This document shows, piece after piece, positions 35,025-42,708 of a stretch of 42,708 nt of DNA (positions are counted from its first letter, which is position 1; every line of letters begins with the position of its first letter). Below the pieces are notes generated by a model. That model was given only the letters and a program-made list of their open reading frames with translations. It ran no database searches and was not told the origin of the DNA. The DNA is from a virus (lineage: Duplodnaviria > Caudoviricetes), in IMG/VR virus record IMGVR_UViG_3300008255_000037, positions 1 to 42,708 of that record. One strand, given 5' to 3'. Made by a program: the position numbers and the translations under genes.

Positions 35025-36746
35025 TTATTTTGTATAAAATTCTGATATCGAGGATTCTACACCCACGGATACATCAGGAACAACCTCTCTCATTGAATCT
35101 ATCATAATTTTTTCTTGTAATAAAAGCATTTCTTCTGCCTTTTCTTTAGGTACCTGACAAATAATCTCATCATGGACAAATCCCACTACGCGAAATCCCT
35201 CTTTAACTAAATTATATAGTGCAAGTTTCGCTCCATCAGCAGCTAATCCTTGAAATGGAGTATTTTTCTCTGCACAAAATGAGGTATTTCCTCTTTTACG
35301 TCCTGTTACAGTAAATATCTCTCCAATCTCATTTTTCATGTACTCACGCATTTCTGGAAAAGCATCAAACCAGACATCTTTCATTTCCTGAGCCTTTTCT
35401 TTAGTTAAATCTAAACCGTACCCAGCAGAGAACTCTATAAACGTATCTATACCAAGCCCGCCAGGGAATCCAAAATTAGCTGCTTTAGCTTCTTGTCTTT
35501 GCTGTTTAGTAACTTCTTCAATAGTGCATCCATTCATTACAGATGCATAATATTTATGCAGATCTACACCATCATTTATTTGATCTCTCATGATAGAATA
35601 TCCAAACATATCGTACGCAACTTGAGCCAGAGTAGATAATTCTATAGCTGAATAATCTGTTATTATAAACGTATCGTTAGGTTCTGTAGGCACAAACATT
35701 TCTCTAATACCTCCAAATTTAGGAAGCTGCTGGAAGTTTGGCTTAGAACAACTTGTCCTGCCTGTATTTACCAAAAGATTGTAGCGTGGATGAACACGGT
35801 TTGAGGTAATTCCTGTAACGAAAGAGGACGCTTTTTCAAGGCTCTGGTATTCGAGATAGGAATTGACAAAAGGGTTTGATTTATAGGGTTCAAGGTCATC
35901 TGCTTTGCTGGATAAAACTCCTGTGTCTGTGACGGGTAGTAAAGAGGCAATCCCCAAGCGACTAAGAATACTGTTAAAAACATCATTTACTCCTTTTTTT
36001 CCTCTAACCCAGCCCCATGAAGCCAGTATATTAGAGTGTTTCTCCATTTCTTTATTAATACCTACTAACCAACCGTCTCTTTGGGTAAGGTCGAAACCTA
36101 TACCATTTTTATATATTTTATTAAGAGCCAAGTCGCCCTTAACCTGTATATCATGACTAAGTAAAGTATTATATTTATCATGATTTCTAATTTCAGCTAC
36201 TAATTTAAAATAAAGTTTATAAGTGGCTATAACATCTGCTGCCCCATATTCTAAATACTCTTTAGGTATAGATTCAAAAGGCAAGTCTTTAAACTGCCCA
36301 AAATTCTCTCTTATTTCGTCTTTAATAAGTTTAATACCTAAGAATTTTTCAGATAAAGCAGCTAAATTATATTTAAACGGAACAAAACCCAGAGATGCAA
36401 GATGTAGCAAACGATACAAAACACCAGTATCACGAATAAGGTTATTATCATAAAAGCTAAGCATGATTTTATTATCTCCAAGGGTTTTTGAAATAACGCC
36501 TTCATCAAATGGCATGTTATGAGCAATAAGATAGGAGCCTTTATGGACAAACATAAATTCTTTAATATCTTCTTTGAGTACGTAGTATACATTTTTTCCT
36601 CCGGAATATGCTTGAAATGTGACCAAATCAGGGACCATAGTAAAAGGGGCAATTGTGGTTTCGGTATCAATACTAACAAACCTCCCTAAAAACCCTTCTT
36701 CTGTATCCCATACTTTAATATTATATTCCTGTTCATTAAAAATCAT
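35025..36746 (-). CDS. polA: DNA polymerase family A with 3'-5' exonuclease
   Basis: DTET, HN..FD, YGAAD exonuclease motifs; TGRTSC..PNFQQ, DYSAIEL, RQEAKAANFG, FVHDE polymerase motifs. Confidence 0.95.
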   Translation of the reverse strand: MIFNEQEYNIKVWDTEEGFLGRFVSIDTETTIAPFTMVPDLVTFQAYSGGKNVYYVLKEDIKEFMFVHKGSYLIAHNMPFDEGVISKTLGDNKIMLSFYDNNLIRDTGVLYRLLHLASLGFVPFKYNLAALSEKFLGIKLIKDEIRENFGQFKDLPFESIPKEYLEYGAADVIATYKLYFKLVAEIRNHDKYNTLLSHDIQVKGDLALNKIYKNGIGFDLTQRDGWLVGINKEMEKHSNILASWGWVRGKKGVNDVFNSILSRLGIASLLPVTDTGVLSSKADDLEPYKSNPFVNSYLEYQSLEKASSFVTGITSNRVHPRYNLLVNTGRTSCSKPNFQQLPKFGGIREMFVPTEPNDTFIITDYSAIELSTLAQVAYDMFGYSIMRDQINDGVDLHKYYASVMNGCTIEEVTKQQRQEAKAANFGFPGGLGIDTFIEFSAGYGLDLTKEKAQEMKDVWFDAFPEMREYMKNEIGEIFTVTGRKRGNTSFCAEKNTPFQGLAADGAKLALYNLVKEGFRVVGFVHDEIICQVPKEKAEEMLLLQEKIMIDSMREVVPDVSVGVESSISEFYTK

Positions 36747-36785
36747 ATATACACCTTATATATATATATATTAAGGGGAGATGAA

Positions 36786-37025
36786 TTATTTACTTTCATC
36801 ATACTCCTGTAATAATTTGTATAGTACTTCAACCTTTTCATATAAACCTTCAGCAAGCTCATACACATCAGTCTTGTATGTAACATACTTGGGTTCTATA
36901 TACAACTTGTTAATGCAAAATCCATTAGTGCATTTTTTTAATGTATAATGAGAATCCCAGTCATAGGAGATTTCATCCATAAGTTCTTTAAATGTAGTAA
37001 TAGGAGGTGAATTAGGTACTCTCAT
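36786..37025 (-). CDS. Hypothetical protein
   Basis: 79-aa ORF. Confidence 0.55.
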   Translation of the reverse strand: MRVPNSPPITTFKELMDEISYDWDSHYTLKKCTNGFCINKLYIEPKYVTYKTDVYELAEGLYEKVEVLYKLLQEYDESK

Positions 37026-37029
37026 TTTT

Positions 37030-37206
37030 TTACTCGATGTCCAAGGTTTCTCTTAGGTCTTCAGTATTGAAACCACATGCTGATAGAAATATGATAAACT
37101 GCTCAATCAACTCGGTTCTGCTTAATGTATCTATTTCGAATGTTATATCTGATATTTCAAACTGGTTAGTAGGATCTTTAATTGATTTTAAAATATACTT
37201 AGACAT
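37030..37206 (-). CDS. 58-aa hypothetical protein (absent from the ORF track)
   Basis: GGAGG RBS; MSKYILKS...FIIFLSACGF. Confidence 0.65.
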   Translation of the reverse strand: MSKYILKSIKDPTNQFEISDITFEIDTLSRTELIEQFIIFLSACGFNTEDLRETLDIE

Positions 37207-37233
37207 AATACCTCCATAAAGCTTAAGTAAGGT

Positions 37234-37260
37234 GAGTAGTTTTAAGTCTTGCTCAGGACT
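37234..37260 (-). promoter_or_regulatory. Small H-type pseudoknot motif (copy 2)
   Basis: AGTC-CTGAGCAA-GACT-TAAAAC-TACTC on the minus strand. Confidence 0.5.
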
Positions 37261-37412
37261 AACCGTTTAACATCATCAGGATAGCTTTTCCCTAGTAAGG
37301 AGCGTTAGCCTTTTTAGGATCGTAGGCGTAGGATCAACGCCTCGTTAACGTCATTACTGATTTGTTCCCATAATAACTCTTCCTTTTAAAGGACCTCTTA
37401 GTACGAGAGGTA

Positions 37413-37832
37413 CTAACGAGTCATAAACTTTTTAATATTATTCCTAGCCTTACTTTTTTGCATAGTGCCATCAGCGGCTTTATACGTCTTAGGCTCTTCA
37501 ATACTAATAACTGCTGTAAAAGGAATTTCAGTCCATTGCTCTAAAAGAGATCTGTCATAATTAATTCCTTCTAACCCACCGGCTTTAACAGCTTGTAGGT
37601 ACTCATCTAATTGCTTATTGCCAATTTCTTGAGCCTTAGCGCTTGGATGTTCTACTAAAAAATTGTGGAAAACTAATCTACCTTTATTTTCACCGGCTAC
37701 AACTTCGAAGCCAGCAGAAATTAAAGTGCCGTCACCTTTCTTAGTAGACTTCTCTTCAAACTTATTAAGTCTACAAAGATAGTCTCCAGCAGGAATAGGT
37801 TGGAACTCAGGTTTTTTGCTTGTTTCACTCAT
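37413..37832 (-). CDS. DUF669-family ssDNA-binding protein
   Basis: FQPIPAGDY, FEVV.GE.KGR..F, RN.IK motifs; AAGGAG RBS before ATG 37832. Confidence 0.85.
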   Translation of the reverse strand: MSETSKKPEFQPIPAGDYLCRLNKFEEKSTKKGDGTLISAGFEVVAGENKGRLVFHNFLVEHPSAKAQEIGNKQLDEYLQAVKAGGLEGINYDRSLLEQWTEIPFTAVISIEEPKTYKAADGTMQKSKARNNIKKFMTR

Positions 37833-37848
37833 TTCATTCTCCTTAAGA

Positions 37849-38196
37849 TTAGGTCGTTTCGACCCCATTTGTTTTGGCGGTTAATTCCGCAATTTCGCCC
37901 ATATCACTCATTGATATAGATGATTTGTTATTTAAATCTTCTTTCAAGTCATCCCTTACTTGATCATTTTTTGAAGCCCCTCCGTAAATACCTTTAAGTG
38001 TTCTATAAAGGTGCCTTACTTCTGTGCTTCTAGCCTGTAGTACTTTTTCTTCTCGGACTGTATGCTCACCGTCTGGTTGAATCTGTAGTACACGTCTATT
38101 TCCTATAGACGTAGCTCCATGGGCTTTATCTTCTGAATAAAAACTCAAATCGCATCCTAATGATTTTCTAAGCTTCCTCGCTTTTTTCCCATTCAT
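37849..38196 (-). CDS. Hypothetical protein
   Basis: MNGKKARKLRK...R.LYR.LK pattern. Confidence 0.65.
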   Translation of the reverse strand: MNGKKARKLRKSLGCDLSFYSEDKAHGATSIGNRRVLQIQPDGEHTVREEKVLQARSTEVRHLYRTLKGIYGGASKNDQVRDDLKEDLNNKSSISMSDMGEIAELTAKTNGVETT

Positions 38197-38327
38197 TTCT
38201 TACCTTTTCTTTGTAAATTTTGAATAGCCTCTTCAATTAGAGCTAATTTTTCCAAAACTGTGTCTAATTTGACACTGGATTCCTGTGCCACTTTGTCCCT
38301 TTCAATCTGCCTCTCTGTCTTATTCAC
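38193..38327 (-). CDS. 44-aa coiled-coil protein
   Basis: AGGAGG RBS, GTG start, ATGA coupling. Confidence 0.55.
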   Translation of the reverse strand: MNKTERQIERDKVAQESSVKLDTVLEKLALIEEAIQNLQRKGKK

Positions 38328-38489
38328 TTAAACCCTCCTTAAAATGGCTTTCATAGCATCAATAGTTTTCCATAGGAATTTATTTTCAGCTTCTAGCTCA
38401 TCGATTAACTGTTGTTTTCTTTCGTTAGCTTCGTCTTGCTCATCAAAGATTTCTTTTAAATTCTCATCAACTGTATTTACTCTGGACAT
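38328..38489 (-). CDS. 53-aa coiled-coil protein
   Basis: GGAG RBS; fills the gap exactly. Confidence 0.55.
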   Translation of the reverse strand: MSRVNTVDENLKEIFDEQDEANERKQQLIDELEAENKFLWKTIDAMKAILRRV

Positions 38490-38896
38490 ACAATCTCTCC
38501 ATTTATGATGGAAAACTGCACATCTCTGCCATCGGTAGTAGTATAAATAACATCTTCTTCCAATAAGACTAATCTCTGCTTATGGTAGCTATTAGAGGAT
38601 AAAAAAGCCAGGAATTCTGTACCTGATTTAACTAAAGTCTCTTTGTAAACACCGCTAAAATCCGGACAGATTTCTACTAAAGCTACATCAGCACTAGTTC
38701 CATCAGTACCATTAGTGCCGTCAACTCCGTTGGTTCCATCTACGCCATCAGATCCGTTAACACCATCTTTACCGGATGGACCTGTAACGCTTTTACCAGA
38801 ATCCCCTTTATCTCCTGTAAGGTTAAAGAATTCTTCAGGGGTTTCAACCCTCCCACAACTGATCATAATTAATACTATTGTTAAATACTTAATCAT
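38477..38896 (-). CDS. Collagen-like lipoprotein
   Basis: MIKYLTIVLIMISC|G lipobox; about a dozen Gly-X-Y triplets with one interruption; C-terminal globular domain with YTTTDG. Confidence 0.8.
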   Translation of the reverse strand: MIKYLTIVLIMISCGRVETPEEFFNLTGDKGDSGKSVTGPSGKDGVNGSDGVDGTNGVDGTNGTDGTSADVALVEICPDFSGVYKETLVKSGTEFLAFLSSNSYHKQRLVLLEEDVIYTTTDGRDVQFSIINGEIVCPE

Positions 38897-39075
38897 TTTT
38901 TCTCCTTTATTACAGGGCATTTCTTCTTGCCGCATTTGTTTTTATGCAAATGTTCTGCCAGTGTTTTTTCTAGATCATCTCTAAGATCTAATAATTCTTT
39001 AAAATCGCTTCTATTAGGACTATTTTCTAATAGGTTAGTTAATCTTTCTATCAATTGAGATAATTCAAAATCCAT
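38893..39075 (-). CDS. Hypothetical protein
   Basis: 60-aa coupled ORF. Confidence 0.55.
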   Translation of the reverse strand: MDFELSQLIERLTNLLENSPNRSDFKELLDLRDDLEKTLAEHLHKNKCGKKKCPVIKEKK

Positions 39076-39899
39076 TAACCTAGCTCCTCGATCTTATTTT
39101 CGAAATATACATTAGTCCTTTCCGCCTCTTTTAAAAGAGATATAGCTTTTTTATAAGAGGCTCTTCCTCTAGAAAGCATTTCATTACTGGCTTTAAATAT
39201 CTTAGTCTCATAAGTCTTTTTACTAATAAAAATAAAGTAAAAATCATGTGGCTTACCTGTCTCTTGTGTCACTAAGTCCACATAAAGAGCAGCGCTTAAA
39301 TCGTATCCCCAGTATGAGCATATCTCCTCTACTTCTTGCTTTGTACTTATAGAGGATCCTGTGGTTTTTAAATCATTAATAGACCCAAAATCATCAAATT
39401 CTTTTCTGTAGTCGAATCTGACCTTTACTTTATATCCGTCTATTTCGCCACATAAAGTCTCTTCCGCACTACCTCCTGTAAAAAAGGAGGATATTGCAAC
39501 CTCTTTTTCATTGCCCGGCTTTCCTACTTTAACAAAAGATTTCTCATAGCTGTCTATCATAGAATCTACTAAAGACTTTTGAGAAGAGGTCACTATTGTC
39601 TTCCCTTCATTGGCTTCTTTGAACTCCTTCCATATATCTCCGGATCTTCTAGCTCCTGTAAAAATAGCATATTCTTCATCCACTAAATGAGGCTCTAATA
39701 TTCTTGTATGTGAATAAGATCCGATTGTAAGGGCATCTCCGCTAAAGTCTTGAGGTGTATTTAATACATAAGTTTTATAATATTCTCTAGGGTCTTTAAG
39801 AATTAGTTTTAAAGCAGAACTAGATTTATACTCCCTATCTAAATGATAATCCGTATTCGAACACTTCTCATTAAAGCCTTTAATTAACTTTTTCATCAT
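39075..39899 (-). CDS. RecE/Exonuclease VIII-like PD-(D/E)xK nuclease (DUF3799-like)
   Basis: YH...SSS.LK, GS..H..ILEP, KVRFD, DLKTT, YDLSAALY. Confidence 0.9.
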   Translation of the reverse strand: MMKKLIKGFNEKCSNTDYHLDREYKSSSALKLILKDPREYYKTYVLNTPQDFSGDALTIGSYSHTRILEPHLVDEEYAIFTGARRSGDIWKEFKEANEGKTIVTSSQKSLVDSMIDSYEKSFVKVGKPGNEKEVAISSFFTGGSAEETLCGEIDGYKVKVRFDYRKEFDDFGSINDLKTTGSSISTKQEVEEICSYWGYDLSAALYVDLVTQETGKPHDFYFIFISKKTYETKIFKASNEMLSRGRASYKKAISLLKEAERTNVYFENKIEELG

Positions 39900-40137
39900 A
39901 TCTCCTGTCTTTTATAAAAACCTCTAGATATTCTTTTTTTAATTTATCTAAATGCTCTTTATGTTTCTCGGCTACCTTTATGTCCTGTTTTTTAACAGGT
40001 CTTTTTACAGCATAGTATCTACAGTATACGCATCTACCTTCTTTACCAGTAGCCACAACATGATCCGTACCTTGATCTTTAGACAAGGCACTAGGTAAAA
40101 GACATATGCAAAAATATTCGATGTCTCCCTCTTTCAT
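39880..40137 (-). CDS. Small Cys-rich (CxC...CxxC) protein
   Basis: FCIC, KEGRCVYCRYYA; paralogue of 233..469. Confidence 0.65.
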   Translation of the reverse strand: MKEGDIEYFCICLLPSALSKDQGTDHVVATGKEGRCVYCRYYAVKRPVKKQDIKVAEKHKEHLDKLKKEYLEVFIKDRRYDEKVN

Positions 40138-40535
40138 TAATCCTCTTTCAAAGCTTGTTTAGCTCTTTCTTGAAAAAAATCATTTAATAAATAGGCTTTT
40201 TTATGTACATCAAAGTCATATTCGGCTATTTCAATCAAAGCATTTTTATAACGGTCGCTAATAGCAGTAGTTACTGATACTAGTTGCTCAAATGTCTCTA
40301 CATTTGATCTAAGCTCTTTTTGAGACGCTTCATATAAGTTTACCATATGAGATAATTCTGCTTGAATTGTATTTTTTTCTTTAAAGAATCTACTACTTTC
40401 TTCAAGAAGTGTATTATTAATAGCTTGTTGTTTAACGTATTTACTATTTAATCTATCTATTAAACTATCCTTTTCCTTAATCTTTAAGCTCAATTCTTCA
40501 ATTTCTAATAATTCTTTTTTGTTGAAAAACCCCAT
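40137..40535 (-). CDS. Coiled-coil hypothetical protein
   Basis: 132 aa, heptad pattern. Confidence 0.65.
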   Translation of the reverse strand: MGFFNKKELLEIEELSLKIKEKDSLIDRLNSKYVKQQAINNTLLEESSRFFKEKNTIQAELSHMVNLYEASQKELRSNVETFEQLVSVTTAISDRYKNALIEIAEYDFDVHKKAYLLNDFFQERAKQALKED

Positions 40536-42685
40536 TACACTCTCCTTAATGTTATTACTTGTTGACCTTCTATACTTTCTAAGTCTCTGGTTATAAGATT
40601 AGACGCTAATAAATCATCTATAATAGCCTCTCTTTCTTTTTTATTTAGAAAGCGAGTGCTTTTATACAGATCTGTCTGTGCAATTCTATTGCCAGATTCT
40701 TCTATGATGTTAAGTATCTTCTGGCTATTCATTTGTGTCTTATTTTCAAAGATATACTTGTCTACAACTTCGCCAATTGTCTCAAAATAATACATAATTA
40801 ACCTATAACCGAACTCTACATCGTCTTTTTGTATTACAGGAACGTCTTGTACTGTCCTACAACATGCGCTAACTATAACAATCTTTATCATTTGCTGGTA
40901 TAACCGGGCTATGATAGGTAGTTTAGGATCGTTTTGATCGGTATCTCTTCTTAAATCATCTAGAGTATTAAATATCTCATCTAAGCGATCCTCAGCAGCT
41001 TTAGATGCCTTTACATCAATAAATGATTGAGAGATACCTCCTAATTCCAATGTTCCTGCATTTTCAATATAATCCTCTACTCTAAAGCTATACCAGAAGT
41101 TAAGCTGGTCTTTAACATAGTTAGGTAGCTTTGTAAAAGAGCGAAGTCTCTCTGCTTTAGCGTCACTGCTACCTAAGAAGATCAAAAACCGCCCCATAAG
41201 CCCTTTTTCTATAGCCCTCCTGCTTACCCCTTCACTGAATCCTGCCGGTGTAGTAGATGCTAATATGTTTACATTAGGTCTATAACAATTCCCTTTATTC
41301 CCCTCAGCGGTTTGCCTACCTAAGTATTTAGTATTACTACTGGTATATAGCTCTGCTAGTATGTCCGCCATTTTACCTCCGTAGTCAGATTTACTGGAGT
41401 TAACCGTCCTTAATATACCACCTGCTTCATCTAGTATGTCTAACCTTATGGGTTTGTTTGCCAAGCCATCCATAAGTGAGGCGTCACTAACATAGTCCCC
41501 GGCGCCAAGAAGAGAATCTGCTCTCATATCTATTAAGATTTCTTTAACAAAAGATTGAGGCTTATCTTTTCCCGAACCAGAAGGGGAGATATTTAATATA
41601 TATAGGTTGGGGCTTAGTCCTTGAAAAACTACTTTCCTACTGACCAGCGTGCTCATTAAACTTAATACCGCTCCTAGAGACAGGTCGGGTTGTTTAACCC
41701 AACTATTATTTAAGAGGGTCGTATGTAAAGTCTTTAGTACAGTAGGGGCAAGAGACATTATATCGCTTAAGTTTCTTACCCCTTGTAGCTTTTTTGGCTC
41801 ATCTGCTCCTTTTGTAGAGCAATCTGTCACTTTTGGCATAATAGGTATTTCATATTCTTTAGAATCTCTATAGTGTCTATTATTTATAGTATTTAAATGA
41901 TTTGCATAAAACATAAGGGCGTTACTGACGGGTTCTGTATGCCTGAATTCGTTTGCATCTGTAAATAAAGGAGGATCATTTATTTCAACGTCTTTAAGTA
42001 TAAGCTCATTAATAGCGTTAACAATAGGGGTGTTCTTTTGAATTAAAGAACCGCATATGGAGGATAGTTCATCATTTCTACCTGACCTTATTTTTCCTAA
42101 AGATTCTTGAACCGTGTCTGGAAAAGTTGTCTTTAAAAGACTTCCTAAATGGGCAAATAGTGCCGGTGGTAACATAGGTAAAGATTCTTTACTTATACTT
42201 AATAGAGTATCTGTTGAGGTCCATACATAATTCAAGCCATTAGGGTGTCTCGAGGGAGGCATTGTTGTTTTTTTATTAGTAGATAGTATTTCTATAACCA
42301 TTTCACCATTGAACTTTAAGCTCTCGGTTACTTCTCCAGTATATCTAAAAAAGCGAGTTTCGCCTTTAGCGCCTTTCTTTACGACAGGGCTTTCCGGTAA
42401 AACAGGCAGTATAACATTTAGTATCCTTTCATCTATACAATCTATATCTAAAGCAACTACTCCAGAGATCTCTCCTAATGCAAGATCTAGATTCGTCTCT
42501 GAAAAATTTCTCATCCATGACATAACTTCATCTGTAGAGGGGTATCTATAACAATACTCCGTCCAGTTTTTTATGGCAGGTAGCTTGGACCCATATTTTC
42601 CAGGGGTAACGCTATATCCTTTTTGTTGATACTCTTTCTGGTTGTCTGCGTAGATATTTTTAGAAACCTCAAAAATTTGATCCAT
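40535..42685 (-). CDS. Bifunctional primase-polymerase (Prim-Pol) fused to a DUF3987-like helicase
   Basis: VALDID, PPSRHP..Y.W Prim-Pol motifs; GRND; Walker A PSGSGKD, Walker B LDE. Confidence 0.9.
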   Translation of the reverse strand: MDQIFEVSKNIYADNQKEYQQKGYSVTPGKYGSKLPAIKNWTEYCYRYPSTDEVMSWMRNFSETNLDLALGEISGVVALDIDCIDERILNVILPVLPESPVVKKGAKGETRFFRYTGEVTESLKFNGEMVIEILSTNKKTTMPPSRHPNGLNYVWTSTDTLLSISKESLPMLPPALFAHLGSLLKTTFPDTVQESLGKIRSGRNDELSSICGSLIQKNTPIVNAINELILKDVEINDPPLFTDANEFRHTEPVSNALMFYANHLNTINNRHYRDSKEYEIPIMPKVTDCSTKGADEPKKLQGVRNLSDIMSLAPTVLKTLHTTLLNNSWVKQPDLSLGAVLSLMSTLVSRKVVFQGLSPNLYILNISPSGSGKDKPQSFVKEILIDMRADSLLGAGDYVSDASLMDGLANKPIRLDILDEAGGILRTVNSSKSDYGGKMADILAELYTSSNTKYLGRQTAEGNKGNCYRPNVNILASTTPAGFSEGVSRRAIEKGLMGRFLIFLGSSDAKAERLRSFTKLPNYVKDQLNFWYSFRVEDYIENAGTLELGGISQSFIDVKASKAAEDRLDEIFNTLDDLRRDTDQNDPKLPIIARLYQQMIKIVIVSACCRTVQDVPVIQKDDVEFGYRLIMYYFETIGEVVDKYIFENKTQMNSQKILNIIEESGNRIAQTDLYKSTRFLNKKEREAIIDDLLASNLITRDLESIEGQQVITLRRV

Positions 42686-42708
42686 TATTTTCTCCTATTA
42701 CGTAATAA
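42586..42708. repeat. Terminal direct repeat, right copy
   Basis: Identical to 1..123. Confidence 0.95.

Noticed and set aside
37270-37295. Hammerhead ribozyme (CTGATGA on the minus strand near GAAA)
   Set aside because: Only 7 nt separate GAAA from CUGAUGA and there is no downstream GAAA with stem II, so the three stems cannot form
39075-39899. cas4 as part of a CRISPR system
   Set aside because: Motifs fit a RecE/DUF3799-type exonuclease; no Fe-S cysteine cluster and no array
1-42708. Stop-codon reassignment
   Set aside because: Long genes are intact in the standard code, and TAA, TAG and TGA all terminate genes at tight junctions

Overview
This window is a complete, circularly assembled (1..123 = 42586..42708; unit length about 42,585 bp), AT-rich dsDNA tailed phage genome, probably a podovirus, read in the standard genetic code. 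I see no integrase, repressor, tRNA, CRISPR array or reverse transcriptase. The genome has two divergent arms that start from a ~1 kb non-coding control region (5540-6590). The rightward arm (6591-31786) holds packaging and virion genes: terS, a trypsin-like protease, terL, portal, scaffold, HNH, major capsid, three paralogous C1q-like proteins, fibres, P22-like tail adaptor and hub, ejection proteins (one with a C-terminal Hint domain), a GNAT-like protein and an M15 peptidase. The leftward arm (5536 to 233, continuing across the join from 42685 to 31860) holds small early genes and replication genes: Prim-Pol/helicase, RecE-like exonuclease, DUF669 SSB, PolA, DUF5664 dNTP diphosphohydrolase and a 3TM holin. 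The most unusual locus is 2314-4250. There, an Imm5-like protein stops at the point where relatives continue into an Ala-rich xSAA-repeat tail. That tail is instead encoded as five separate, translationally coupled, mosaic cassette genes flanking the N-terminal gene. Also notable: probable ATT start codons on the major capsid and M15 genes, a 29-aa single-ankyrin-repeat micro-gene, a promoter-driven structured ncRNA candidate, a twice-repeated pseudoknot motif and a recurring AGTACTA-N-TATRRT promoter motif. All family assignments come from motif recognition by eye; no searches were run.
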